Part shown: positions 1 to 10,764 of the stretch, in pieces
Layout: every line of letters begins with the position of its first letter
Numbering within the stretch: the stretch's first letter is position 1
NCBI GenBank assembly: GCA_000008885.1
Contig: BA000021.3
Coordinates: forward strand, 210,001-242,000
DNA: 32,000 nucleotides
Source of the DNA: Wigglesworthia glossinidia endosymbiont of Glossina brevipalpis
GTDB taxonomy: Bacteria; Pseudomonadota; Gammaproteobacteria; Enterobacterales; Enterobacteriaceae
Direction of reading: 5' to 3'
The notes under the pieces: model-generated
The model's input: the letters and a program-made list of their open reading frames with translations, nothing else
Told to the model about the DNA's origin: nothing
The model's database searches: none
Position numbers and translations under genes: made by a program

Positions 1-257
1 AAATCATATGAAAAAATAATAAATAAAATAAACTTAATTTTTAATATTTAATCATAAAATTTTAAATATTGCCAAATAGGCTTTTATTTAATATCTTTAA
101 ATTTTTGAAAAATTTAAAGTATTATATTTTATTTAAATAAAATTTTAGATATTTATCTTATTCAAATTTATAAAAATTTAAATTTTAATATATCTAATTT
201 TTTAATTTAAATATTCATTAATATTATTATTTTTTTTTAAAAAATCAAACAAATAAT

Positions 258-1010
258 TTAACTAACATTAAATTTATTTAAATAATTTTTGCGAATAATT
301 TCAAATATACAAATTCCAGTTGCTACTGATATATTTAAAGGTAAATTATTTTTTACGGTAGGTATATTTAATATATTATCGCAATTTTCTTTTACCAAAC
401 GGCTTATTCCTAAATTTTCTGATCCCATTACAACGGCTATTGATTGTTTTAATTTTTTATTACAAATATCTAATTGTGCTTTTCTAGAAGTTCCAATAAT
501 TTGTATATTATATTTTTTTAATAAATTTATTGTACGCACTAAATTAGTAACATAAATTAATGGAATAAGATCTAGTGAACCACTAGCCACTTTTTTTACA
601 GCAGAACTAATTTTTGCAGATCTATTTTTTCTAATAATTACAGCTTGGACTCCAAATATATAAGCTGATCTAATACATGAGCCTAAATTTCTTGGATCCA
701 TAATACCATCTAATATCAAAAAAAAGTAATTTTTTTTATTTTCAAGCATTTTTAATAAAAAAGGTTCTTTTAAAATTTTAGAATTTTTAATATAAGCTAC
801 AATTCCTTGATGTTTTTTATTATTTGTTATTTTATTTAAAAATTTTTTATCAACAAATTTGATTTTAATATTTTTTTCATTAGAAATTAATATTAATTTT
901 TTAAATTTAATATCTTTTCTAGATTTAAGAAAAAGAATGCATAAAATTTTATTTGATTTGTTTTTAATAAATTCTTCTATTACATGAATCCCATAAATAA
1001 TTTCATTCAT
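258..1010 (-). CDS. rlmB: 23S rRNA (guanosine-2'-O-)-methyltransferase RlmB (SpoU/TrmH family)
   Basis: 250-aa ORF. N-terminus MNEIIYGIHVIEEFI resembles RlmB. SpoU motifs are present: LDGIMDPRNLGSCIRSAYIFGVQAVI, VMGSENLGISR and LPLNISVATGICIFEI. Confidence 0.95.
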   Translation of the reverse strand: MNEIIYGIHVIEEFIKNKSNKILCILFLKSRKDIKFKKLILISNEKNIKIKFVDKKFLNKITNNKKHQGIVAYIKNSKILKEPFLLKMLENKKNYFFLILDGIMDPRNLGSCIRSAYIFGVQAVIIRKNRSAKISSAVKKVASGSLDLIPLIYVTNLVRTINLLKKYNIQIIGTSRKAQLDICNKKLKQSIAVVMGSENLGISRLVKENCDNILNIPTVKNNLPLNISVATGICIFEIIRKNYLNKFNVS

Positions 1011-1150
1011 ATTTATTTTTTAAAATTTTTTATAATATTATTATTTAACATTTTTTATAAAAATTTATTACTTATAACAACAAATATTAAAATTTAAACA
1101 TAAATTTAATATGTAATATGTTTTTATAAAAATTTAATTAATATAAATTT

Positions 1151-2455
1151 TTATTCAACTAATTTCTTATTTAATACAATAATATCATTTCTATCAGATC
1201 CAGTTGAAATAATTTCAATTGGAATTTTTATAATACTTTGTAATTTTTTTATATAATTTTTTGCTAGAATAGGTAAATTTTTAAAATTTTTAACTCCTTT
1301 AGTTTTAGACAACCATCCAGGCATAGATTTATATATAGGTTTCGCTTTATTCCAATCGTCTATATTAGAAATATTATCCAATATTTTTCCATTTGGTAAA
1401 ATATATGAAGTGCAAATTTTTATTTCTTTTATATTATCTAATACATCTATTTTAGTTAAACAAAATCCTGAAAAAGAATTTATTTGTATAACTCTTTTAA
1501 CAGCAACTGCATCAAACCAACCGATTCTTCTTTTTCTTCCAGTTGTAGATCCAAATTCTTTTCCTTTTTCTAATATAATATTTTTTGTTTCATCAAAAAT
1601 TTCTGTAGGAAAAGGTCCATTTCCAACTCTAGTAGAATATGCTTTTATTATTCCTAATATATATTTAATACTAAATGGAGATATTCCTGTGCTTGAAATA
1701 ATTCCACCAACAGTTGTATTAGAAGATGTTACATAAGGATATGTTCCGTAATCAATATCTAAAAGAGCACCTTGAGCTCCTTCAAATATAATAGATTTAT
1801 TTTTTTTGTTAATACTGTTCAAATAACTTGGTATATCTATTGATATATTATTTAATAATTTAGATTTATTAATTAATTCATTAAAAATTTTTTCGTGATT
1901 TACAGGTTGTTCTTTATAATAATTTATTAATTGAAAGTTATAATACTCAACTATATTTTTCAGTTTTTTTTTGAATTTGTCTTTGTTTATCAAATGATGA
2001 ATTCTTAAAGCTCTACGAGCAATTTTATCTTCATAAGCCGGGCCAATTCCACGATGAGTAGTTCCAATACTATCTATTTCTTTTTTTTTTCTGTTTTTTT
2101 CTCTAGCTACATCCATAGAAACATGGTATTTTAAAACTAATGGACATAATTCTGAAATTAATATTCTATTTTTTATAGAAATTCCTTTTTTTTCTATCAT
2201 ATTAATTTCTTTTACTAAATCGATTGGAGAAATTACTACTCCACTGGATATAATATTAATAGTGTTTTTATTTAGAATGCTAGATGGCAGTAAATGTAAA
2301 ACAGTTTTTTCTTCTTTAATAACTACTGTATGACCTGCATTATTTCCTCCTTGGCATCTTACTACATAGTTTATATTTTTTGACAAGAAATCTATAACTT
2401 TTCCTTTTCCTTCATCGCCCCATTGAGCTCCTAAAACTATAATGTTTTTTTTCAT
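1151..2455 (-). CDS. purA: Adenylosuccinate synthetase
   Basis: 434-aa ORF with VLGAQWGDEGKGKVIDFL, GGNNAGHTVV, SSNTTVGG and GSTTGRKRRIGWFD motifs typical of PurA. Confidence 0.98.
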   Translation of the reverse strand: MKKNIIVLGAQWGDEGKGKVIDFLSKNINYVVRCQGGNNAGHTVVIKEEKTVLHLLPSSILNKNTINIISSGVVISPIDLVKEINMIEKKGISIKNRILISELCPLVLKYHVSMDVAREKNRKKKEIDSIGTTHRGIGPAYEDKIARRALRIHHLINKDKFKKKLKNIVEYYNFQLINYYKEQPVNHEKIFNELINKSKLLNNISIDIPSYLNSINKKNKSIIFEGAQGALLDIDYGTYPYVTSSNTTVGGIISSTGISPFSIKYILGIIKAYSTRVGNGPFPTEIFDETKNIILEKGKEFGSTTGRKRRIGWFDAVAVKRVIQINSFSGFCLTKIDVLDNIKEIKICTSYILPNGKILDNISNIDDWNKAKPIYKSMPGWLSKTKGVKNFKNLPILAKNYIKKLQSIIKIPIEIISTGSDRNDIIVLNKKLVE

Positions 2456-2679
2456 TTTTTATATTTTCAATAATAAATATTTTTTATAAAATAGAATTAT
2501 ATTTTTTTATTTTGTTCAATTAATATATTAATGCTTGATTGTTAAAATTTTTAAAAAATATTTATATTATTTATAATATTCTATGTATATTTTATATTAT
2601 TTTAAACAATTAAAATATTTTTATTAATTATTTAATAAATAATATTCATATTTTTTATGAAATAAAACATTTATATATT

Positions 2680-4818
2680 TTAATTTTGATCTTTTTTAAT
2701 AGATTGAATAGCGGTTATAGCTATAGTATATACTATATCATCTATGCTAGCTCCTCTAGATAAATCATTTACTGGCTTTTTTATGCCTTGCAAAACAGGA
2801 CCTATACAAATTATATTTGATGATCTTTGCACAGCTTTATATGTAGTATTTCCTGTATTTAATTCAGGAAATATCAAAACTGTTGCTTTTCCCGCTACTT
2901 CAGAAAAAGGAGCTTTAGATTTTGCAACACTTTTAACTGTCGCAGCATCATATTGTAAAGGACCATCTATAACTAACTTAGGATAACTCTTCTTTGCAAT
3001 TAAAGTTGCTTGTCTGACTTTTTCAACACTTTCTCCTTGCCCAGAATATCCAGTAGAATAAGAAATCATAGCTATTTTAGGATCTATTCCAAATTGGATT
3101 GCAGAATTATGAGATTGAAAAGCAATTTCTGATAATTGTTTAGAATTCGGATTGATATTAATAGCACAATCTCCATATATTAAAGTTTGTTCTGGTAATA
3201 GCATAAAAAAAATTGAAGATATCAAAGAATGCTTAGGATCAGTTTTGATAAATTGAAATGCTGGTCTAAGAGTGTCTGCTGTAGTAGTTGTAGCTCCTGA
3301 AACTAATCCATCTACTATCCCTTCGTTTAACATAAGAGTAGCTAATACAATATTTTTATTTATTTGCTTTCTTGCTGAAATTTCTGATATGCATTTTTTT
3401 TTTCTTAAATTAATAATATGAGAAATATATTTTTCACGTATTTCTACAGGATTTATAATATCAATATTTTTTTCTATAGTAATTCCATTCAAACGAGCTT
3501 TTTCTAAAATATTTTTAGGATTGCCTAATAATATGCAATGAGCAATATTTTTTTTTGAACATATGTTTGCAGCGCATAATATTCTAATTTCTTCTCCTTC
3601 TGGAAGGATAATACTTTTCTTTGTATAACGAGATAACTGTAAAATATTATATTGAAATATTTCTGGAGAAAAAAATTTTTTTTCTTTTTTTTTTAAAGAA
3701 AAATTAGAAATCCAAATATCTGAAATATAATTAGAAATATAATTACTTATTTTAATAATATCATTAAATTTTTTGTAAAAATTAAATTTAAATTTTGTTA
3801 AATAATAAAAAAAATTTATAAAACTCATATTATTATATATAACTGATATCTTTTTTTTTTCTGCTATTTCGCAAAAAACTTTTATTTCATTTTCATTTTT
3901 GTCGCATCCAATAATTAGTATTGAGCTATAAAAATTATATTTTGATTCTTTTAAATGCATCAAACAAAATTTATTTATTTGTTTCTTAGATATCACTAAT
4001 AATGATTGTTTAAAATTATTTTTAAATATGTTTTCTTTATATACTTCACAAAATAAAATTGATTTTATGACATAATTATAATTCTTGTTTAAAAATTTTG
4101 CTTTAAAATGTTCTTTAATTTTGTATAGATATACAAAATAAAAATCTTCATTAAAAGGTATTTTTGAAATAATTGGTATAGATTTTTCATTTATCAATGA
4201 ACAGTTCTCATGATTATTTTTTTTTATTTCATATAAATTATCGTTCTTTAATAATCTTTTACAATCAATAGATTGATTTGAATTTTTTGTACAATCTAAT
4301 TCATTTAAAATAATCCCAGAAATTTTATTTTTCTTTTCAAATCCGAACTTAAAAGATAATAATTTAATATAATCCAAAAAATTTTTGTATAATCTTAATA
4401 TTAAAACTATTTCTGCATCTAATATTTTAGCTAATTCATAATTCAATTTTTCCAAAAATTCATAACCATTATATATATTGATTCCAGGAATTAAAACTAT
4501 TTCATTATTTTTTTTTTGTTTGTAAAAATTTTCAACTATTTTTTCTAATAAAAAATTTTTTTTGTTAGATGATAAAACATTTACTATATAATCAAAGGAA
4601 AATTGTTCTTTATGATCATTACCTTTTATATTATATTTTTTTAATGTATAATCAATAATATTGAAATTTTTTTTTGTATTATTAAAATATTTAAACGGTT
4701 GAAATACAGTAAATTTTATATTTTTTCTTTTAATGGCTTGAATTATTCCTGAAAATACGTAATTTAATCCAACTCTTTTTTCTAATGGAACGAATATAAT
4801 TGTACGAGACACATACAC
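2680..4818 (-). CDS. pta: Phosphate acetyltransferase, long form
   Basis: 712-aa ORF. The C-terminal catalytic domain has GLVSGATTTTADTLRPAFQFIKT, YSTGYSGQGESVEKVRQA and FPELNTGNTTYKAVQRS. It lies directly downstream of ackA. Confidence 0.96.
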   Translation of the reverse strand: MYVSRTIIFVPLEKRVGLNYVFSGIIQAIKRKNIKFTVFQPFKYFNNTKKNFNIIDYTLKKYNIKGNDHKEQFSFDYIVNVLSSNKKNFLLEKIVENFYKQKKNNEIVLIPGINIYNGYEFLEKLNYELAKILDAEIVLILRLYKNFLDYIKLLSFKFGFEKKNKISGIILNELDCTKNSNQSIDCKRLLKNDNLYEIKKNNHENCSLINEKSIPIISKIPFNEDFYFVYLYKIKEHFKAKFLNKNYNYVIKSILFCEVYKENIFKNNFKQSLLVISKKQINKFCLMHLKESKYNFYSSILIIGCDKNENEIKVFCEIAEKKKISVIYNNMSFINFFYYLTKFKFNFYKKFNDIIKISNYISNYISDIWISNFSLKKKEKKFFSPEIFQYNILQLSRYTKKSIILPEGEEIRILCAANICSKKNIAHCILLGNPKNILEKARLNGITIEKNIDIINPVEIREKYISHIINLRKKKCISEISARKQINKNIVLATLMLNEGIVDGLVSGATTTTADTLRPAFQFIKTDPKHSLISSIFFMLLPEQTLIYGDCAININPNSKQLSEIAFQSHNSAIQFGIDPKIAMISYSTGYSGQGESVEKVRQATLIAKKSYPKLVIDGPLQYDAATVKSVAKSKAPFSEVAGKATVLIFPELNTGNTTYKAVQRSSNIICIGPVLQGIKKPVNDLSRGASIDDIVYTIAITAIQSIKKDQN

Positions 4819-4864
4819 CTCTTGATATATATTGAAATATAAAATATTTTAAAATTTTTTATAT

Positions 4865-6064
4865 TTATGTAAAAATAATAGATTCTTTAGCTATCACTAG
4901 TTCTTCATTAGTTGGTATAACTAAAGCAGGAATACTATTAGAATTAGTAATAATACCTGAACGACCTAATCTAATTTTAAAATTTTTTTCCTTATTTATT
5001 TCAAATCCTAAAATTTTAAGTTTATTTATTAATAATTCTCTCATGTTATATGCATTTTCTCCAATTCCTCCTGTAAAAACTATCCCATCTAATTTATTTT
5101 CTAACAAAGTAATATATGCTCCAATATATTTGGACAATCTATTGCAATATATTTTCATTGCTCTTTTTGCTATTTTATTTTTTAAAAAATTATCTTCAAT
5201 ATATCTAAAATCACTACTAATGTTTGTTAATCCTAATAAACCAGATTTTTCAGAAAATATTTCTCTAATTTCTTTGACTGAAATTTTTAATTTTTCATGC
5301 AAATAAAAAATAATAGATGGATCTATGTCTCCGCATCTAGTGCCCATAACTATTCCTTCTAAAGGAGTTAACCCCATAGATGTATCTATACATTTTCCAT
5401 TTAAAATTGCAGAAACTGATCCTCCATTACCAAGATGGCACGTAATTAAATTAGATTTTTCAATAGGAATGTTTAATATATTTGATGCTTTTTTGCTTAC
5501 ATAAGAATGGCTTATTCCATGAGCTCCATACCTACGAATATTATATTTTTTATAAAAATAATATGGTATTGCATATAAATATGAATCTTCTGGAATAGTT
5601 TGATGAAATGCTGTATCAAAAACTGCTACATTTTTATTTATAAGATTTGGAAATATTTTAAAAGATTCATATATTCCTATTAAATGAGCTGGATTATGTA
5701 ATGGAGCAAATGGAATTGAGTCCTTTATATTTTTTAATATTTTTTCGTCTATTATTGTAGATTTAGTACATTTAATACCCCCGTTTACAATTCTATGTCC
5801 TATTCCTACTATTTTTTTTAAAATATCTTTTTTGTGTTGTAAAATTTCATTTACAATAAATCTTAATGCTAGATTATGATCCGAATATTCATTTAAGCTT
5901 GATTCATGATACGATTTATCAATTTTCCATTTTACTGAAGATTCTTTTAATTTCAAACATTCTGCTATACCAGAAATATATTTTTTTTCTGTTTTTGGAT
6001 CTATAACAGAAAATTTTATCGAAGAACTACCACAGTTTAAAACCAAAATTAAATTTTGTGACAT
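4865..6064 (-). CDS. ackA: Acetate kinase
   Basis: 399-aa ORF with LVLNCGSSSIKFSV, FDTAFHQTIP, HLGNGGSV, GLTPLEGIVMGTRCGDIDP and FTGGIGENA. Confidence 0.98.
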   Translation of the reverse strand: MSQNLILVLNCGSSSIKFSVIDPKTEKKYISGIAECLKLKESSVKWKIDKSYHESSLNEYSDHNLALRFIVNEILQHKKDILKKIVGIGHRIVNGGIKCTKSTIIDEKILKNIKDSIPFAPLHNPAHLIGIYESFKIFPNLINKNVAVFDTAFHQTIPEDSYLYAIPYYFYKKYNIRRYGAHGISHSYVSKKASNILNIPIEKSNLITCHLGNGGSVSAILNGKCIDTSMGLTPLEGIVMGTRCGDIDPSIIFYLHEKLKISVKEIREIFSEKSGLLGLTNISSDFRYIEDNFLKNKIAKRAMKIYCNRLSKYIGAYITLLENKLDGIVFTGGIGENAYNMRELLINKLKILGFEINKEKNFKIRLGRSGIITNSNSIPALVIPTNEELVIAKESIIFT

Positions 6065-6231
6065 AAAATACCTTTAATTTAATTAAAAATATTAAAGTAT
6101 TAACAATATATTTTATAAAAACAAATATTTTAATTAAATTATTATAGGAAATATATAATTTAACATTAACCTTATTTATTATGAATATAAATATTTATTT
6201 CAAATAAAAATATTTATTAAATAATATTTAA

Positions 6232-7659
6232 CTATTTATTAATATTTTTACTTTTAAAAATATATATAGCTTTTTTGCATGCTTTAAAAAAATTAATTTT
6301 AGCTGTTTTATGTTCAATTATTTGATTGGGATAATTGATTTTATTTTTAATAATCCAATTATAAGGCTCATGAATTTCATTAAAAGGAATATTTTTTAAT
6401 TCAGGAATCCAAAATTTTATATATTTATAAATTGATTTAAATTTTTTGCTTTGAGTAATTGGGTTTATCATCCTGAAATAAGGAGACGAGCAAATTCCGG
6501 AAGAGGATATCCATTGCCAATTAAAATTATTTATTGCAGAATTCCCATCTATGAGATGGTAATAAAAATATTTTTCTCCTATCTTCCAATCTACTAACAA
6601 ATCTTTTACTAAGAAACTTGAAGTAATCATTCTTAATCTATTATGCATCCATCCTGTTTTTTTTAATTGTCTCATTGCCGCATCTATAATAGGAAATCCT
6701 GTCGTTCCATTTTTCCAAGCCTGTATTTTTTTTATTTTATTTTCCCATTTTATATATTTAGTCCATTTTATTAATTTTTTTGAATCAAAAAAATCAGAAT
6801 ACTCTATTATTAAATGATGACAGAATTCTCTCCAAATTATTTCACTAAACCATTTAAAATGACCACTATTTTTTTTTTCAATGAAATCAAAATTATTATT
6901 TTTAATATTATTAATACATTCTCTGAGAGATAAAACTCCAATATTTATATATGGTGATAAAAAACTAGTTGAATTAATACAAAAATCACGTGTAATGTGA
7001 TATTTATTTATTTTTAATTTAATAAAATTATTTAATTTATTTAGTGCATGTTCTTCATAACATGGAGATAATTTTTTTTTAATTTTAATACTATCATTAT
7101 AAGATTTTATCAAATTTAATTTATTTTTACGAATTTTTGGAAAAGGAATAATATTTATATTATTATTAGAAATAAATGATATACAACTTTTCAAAAAATA
7201 AGAATATACTTTATATGTTTTTTTGTTTTTATTTTTTATTTTTTCAGGATCAATAAGCAAATTCCCATTAAAACAAATACATTTAGTTATTTTTTTTAAT
7301 TTTTTAATTATTATTTTATCTTCTTCTAAATCTTCTTTTTCTATGCCTTTGTTAAAATATAATTCTTTCACTTTGTTTGTATAACAAAAATTATATAATA
7401 AGCAAGTATATTCAAAAAAGTCTCTGCATGTATAAAAAATTAATTCAATTCCTATCTTTTTGAGATTTCTTTTTAAAGAAAATATATTTTTATACATAAA
7501 TCTAATTCTATTTTTAGATACTATTTTTTCGTTCCATTTTTTTTTGTTTAAAATTAAGATTCCTGATGCTGATTTATACTCATCAACACAAGCATAATAT
7601 AATGCAGGATTGTCATTTAATCTTAAATCTTTTCTAAACCAAATTAAATTATCTATCAT
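6232..7659 (-). CDS. phrB: Deoxyribodipyrimidine photolyase (cryptochrome/photolyase family)
   Basis: 475-aa ORF with WFRKDLRLNDNPAL, WREFCHHLI, TGFPIIDAAMRQLKKTGWMHNRLRMITSSFLVKDLLVDW and NFNWQWISSSG photolyase motifs. Confidence 0.95.
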   Translation of the reverse strand: MIDNLIWFRKDLRLNDNPALYYACVDEYKSASGILILNKKKWNEKIVSKNRIRFMYKNIFSLKRNLKKIGIELIFYTCRDFFEYTCLLYNFCYTNKVKELYFNKGIEKEDLEEDKIIIKKLKKITKCICFNGNLLIDPEKIKNKNKKTYKVYSYFLKSCISFISNNNINIIPFPKIRKNKLNLIKSYNDSIKIKKKLSPCYEEHALNKLNNFIKLKINKYHITRDFCINSTSFLSPYINIGVLSLRECINNIKNNNFDFIEKKNSGHFKWFSEIIWREFCHHLIIEYSDFFDSKKLIKWTKYIKWENKIKKIQAWKNGTTGFPIIDAAMRQLKKTGWMHNRLRMITSSFLVKDLLVDWKIGEKYFYYHLIDGNSAINNFNWQWISSSGICSSPYFRMINPITQSKKFKSIYKYIKFWIPELKNIPFNEIHEPYNWIIKNKINYPNQIIEHKTAKINFFKACKKAIYIFKSKNINK

Positions 7660-7959
7660 AAATATATTAAATTATTTTATCTATATAAAAACAAAGTTTT
7701 AATAATTTTTAAATATAAGGTTTAAAAATATTTTTAAAATAAAATCAAAAACTTAATATAATATTAAGTTTACTAATTCAAAAACTTTTAATATAATTTT
7801 TTATAAATAAAAATCAATTAAAAATAAACAATATTATATTATAAATTTTTATAAAAGTTATTATTTATTAATACTTAAATTAATTAATTATTTTTCATAA
7901 ATTAAAATTAATTTTAATAAAAGTTTTAATTCTATTTTGTATGATTTAGAATATATTTT

Positions 7960-8928
7960 ATGAATGAAAATAAATGCACAGATAAAATAAATAATTTACC
8001 AAAAGCTATTTTTATTATGGGTCAAACAGCAGTTGGAAAAACTAAAATTGCAGAAATTTTGAAAAAAAAATTACCAGTAGAAATTATAAGTGTTGATTCT
8101 GGATGTATATATAAAGGAATGAACATAGGAACAGATAAACCTAATGTTAAAAAATCAAGTTCAGATAAATATCACTTGATTGATATATGTGAACCAAATG
8201 ATTATTATTCAGTTGAAAATTTTAGATTAGATGCATTAAAAATAATGGAAAAAATTTCTAAAAAAGGCTTAATACCATTATTAGTAGGAGGTAGTATGTT
8301 CTATTTTAAATCATTGTTACATGGACTATCTAATTTACCTTCATATAATATTGAAAATAAAAATCTTTTAAAAAAAAAAATAAATGAAATAGGGTGGTAT
8401 AAATCTTATATTTTTTTAAAAAAAATTGATCCTATATTTGCTTCAAATATTCATCCTAATGATCATTACAGATTAACAAGAGCTTTAGAAATATATTTTT
8501 CTTCAGGGAATATTCCAACTAATTTATTTAAAGCTAAGACAAAAAAACTAGAATACAATATACGTCAATTTTCTATTATGATTTCTGATAAAAAGATTTT
8601 ATATAAAAAAATTAAAGATCGTTTTTTTAATATGTTAAAGAATGGATTCAAAAAAGAAGTTGAGTTTTTAAAAAATAAAAAACAAATAAATAAAAATATG
8701 CCTTCAATGCGTTGTATAGGATATAAACAAATGCTTGCATATTTATCTGGAGAAATAAATTATAAAGAAATGATATTATTTACCATTAGCGCAACTAATA
8801 AACTCGCTAAAAAACAATCAACTTGGCTAAAAAAATGGAAAAATATAAATTATATATACAATAAAGATGTTTATATTTCCTCTGAAGAAATATTTAATAT
8901 TCTAAAAAAAGATAACTTTATTGATTAA
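7960..8928 (+). CDS. miaA: tRNA dimethylallyltransferase
   Basis: 322-aa ORF with P-loop [49 protein letters not shown] and [15 protein letters not shown]. It lies directly upstream of hfq, as in E. coli. Confidence 0.97.
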   Translation: MNENKCTDKINNLPKAIFIMGQTAVGKTKIAEILKKKLPVEIISVDSGCIYKGMNIGTDKPNVKKSSSDKYHLIDICEPNDYYSVENFRLDALKIMEKISKKGLIPLLVGGSMFYFKSLLHGLSNLPSYNIENKNLLKKKINEIGWYKSYIFLKKIDPIFASNIHPNDHYRLTRALEIYFSSGNIPTNLFKAKTKKLEYNIRQFSIMISDKKILYKKIKDRFFNMLKNGFKKEVEFLKNKKQINKNMPSMRCIGYKQMLAYLSGEINYKEMILFTISATNKLAKKQSTWLKKWKNINYIYNKDVYISSEEIFNILKKDNFID

Positions 8929-8986
8929 ATCATACAAATTAATTAATAATTTTATAAAATTTACAACAATTTATCAGGAAATAAAA

Positions 8987-9250
8987 ATGGCTAAAGGACA
9001 GTCTTTGCAGGATCCTTTTTTAAATACTTTACGTAGAGAGCGTATTCCAGTTTCTATTTATTTAGTAAATGGAATAAAGCTTCAAGGGTATATTGAATCT
9101 TTTGATCAATTTGTTATTCTTTTAAAAAATAGCATTAGTCAAATGATATATAAACACGCTATTTCTACAGTGGTGCCAAACCATACTAATAATCAAGAAC
9201 ATAATCAATCTCAGTATAATAATAATAATGCATGTATTTCTAAACCTTAG
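8987..9250 (+). CDS. hfq: RNA-binding protein Hfq, 87 aa (start corrected from the supplied ORF 8921..9250)
   Basis: [47 protein letters not shown] is near-identical to E. coli Hfq. The ATG at 8987 is preceded by CAGGAA. The 22 upstream residues in the track ORF are not Hfq-like. Confidence 0.97.
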   Translation: MAKGQSLQDPFLNTLRRERIPVSIYLVNGIKLQGYIESFDQFVILLKNSISQMIYKHAISTVVPNHTNNQEHNQSQYNNNNACISKP

Positions 9251-9520
9251 TAATAAAATGAAAATTATTAATATATAAATTTTATGAAAATTATATTTAA
9301 AATTTATAAATTAATTAATTAAGATAATAATTTGTTTAGGCAGAAATAAAAATTTTATATAAAAATATTTTACAATAAAATATAAATTATGTAAAAATTT
9401 ATTCCAAACATGTTATTTTAAATTATTAATTTATAATGAAATTAATATTTAGAATTAAAAATTATTAATAAATTTTTAATAAAAATAAATTTTAGTATAT
9501 TAAAATTAATGGAGTATAAA

Positions 9521-10729
9521 ATGCACCAAGGTTTTACTTATGTAAATCATAATAATGATCCTTGGAAAAAGGATCAAAAAATTAATAAATTTCAAGACAA
9601 AAAAAATAGCAAATATGAATCTTTGCCTCCAGATTTAGATGATGTTTTTAAAAAATTAAGTAAAAAATTTAATGAATTTAAAAATAAAAATATTACGCAT
9701 AAAAAAAATAAATACTCAAAATTATATATAAGCTTTATAATAATTTTATTGATTTCTATATGGATAACTAGTGGATTTTATACTATTAAAGAAGCTGAAA
9801 GAGGTGTAATTTTAAGGTTAGGTAAGTTTAATAATATAGTAAAACCAGGATTAAACTGGAAACCAAATTTTATTGATGTTGTATATCCTGTTAATATAGA
9901 ATCAGTTAGAGAACTTGCTGCATCTGGAATTATGTTAACATCTGACGAAAATGTTGTTAGAGTAGAAATGAATGTACAATATAAAGTTATTAATCCAAAA
10001 AATTATTTGTTTAGTGTAACTAATGCTGATGATAGCTTGCGTCAAGCGACTGATAGTGCTTTAAGAGGAGTAATCGGAAAATATACTATGGATCGTATTT
10101 TAACAGAGGGGAGAACATTAGTTAGAAGTGATACTCAAAAAGTTTTAGAAGAAACTATCCAACCATATAATATGGGTATTGAATTATTAGATGTAAATTT
10201 TCAAACAGCTAGGCCTCCGGAAGAAGTAAAAGCTGCTTTCGACGATGCAATTGCTGCTAGAGAAAATGAACAACAATATATAAGAGAAGCTGAAGCATAT
10301 GCAAACGAAGTTCAACCACAAGCTAATGGTAAAGCTCAAAGAATTCTAGAAGAAGGACGCGCTTATAAGTCTCGCACTATTTTAGAAGCTCAAGGTGAAG
10401 TTCAAAGATTTTCAAAAGTTTTACCAGAATATAAAATAGCTCCAGAAATAACAAGAGAAAGATTATATATTGATACTATGGAAAGAATTTTAAGCAAAAA
10501 CAAAAAAATATTTACATATAATTCAAAGTCTTCTAATCAAAACTTGATTTTATTACAATTAGATCAATTTCTTAAAAATTATTCTAGTAAAGAATTAACA
10601 GAAAATATAGAAAAACAAGTTTCTAATAATGATCAAAGTACTATATCAAAAAACAATCAAGAAAATAATGAAAATTTATATTCTAAAAAAAATATAAGAG
10701 ATACAAAGAGAAAAAATATTAGAAATTAA
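9521..10729 (+). CDS. hflK: FtsH modulator HflK (start probably 9521 rather than 9509)
   Basis: SPFH/band-7 protein with GFYTIKEAERGVILRLGKF and a DPWKK N-terminus. GGAG lies about 6 nt upstream of ATG 9521. It is followed by hflC. Confidence 0.95.
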   Translation: MHQGFTYVNHNNDPWKKDQKINKFQDKKNSKYESLPPDLDDVFKKLSKKFNEFKNKNITHKKNKYSKLYISFIIILLISIWITSGFYTIKEAERGVILRLGKFNNIVKPGLNWKPNFIDVVYPVNIESVRELAASGIMLTSDENVVRVEMNVQYKVINPKNYLFSVTNADDSLRQATDSALRGVIGKYTMDRILTEGRTLVRSDTQKVLEETIQPYNMGIELLDVNFQTARPPEEVKAAFDDAIAARENEQQYIREAEAYANEVQPQANGKAQRILEEGRAYKSRTILEAQGEVQRFSKVLPEYKIAPEITRERLYIDTMERILSKNKKIFTYNSKSSNQNLILLQLDQFLKNYSSKELTENIEKQVSNNDQSTISKNNQENNENLYSKKNIRDTKRKNIRN

Positions 10730-10764
10730 TAAATTTTAAATTAATCAGGAATATTATAAATAAT

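Noticed and set aside
1410-1736. 108-aa plus-strand ORF inside purA
   Set aside because: Antisense shadow of well-conserved purA codons.
7749-7771. Near-perfect palindrome AAACTTAATAT-A-ATATTAAGTTT-like inverted repeat (about 11-bp arms) between divergent phrB and miaA
   Set aside because: In DNA this AT-rich, an 11-bp self-complementary match is expected about once in 32 kb by chance. There are no GC pairs beyond one per arm and no U-run terminator geometry tied to a gene end.
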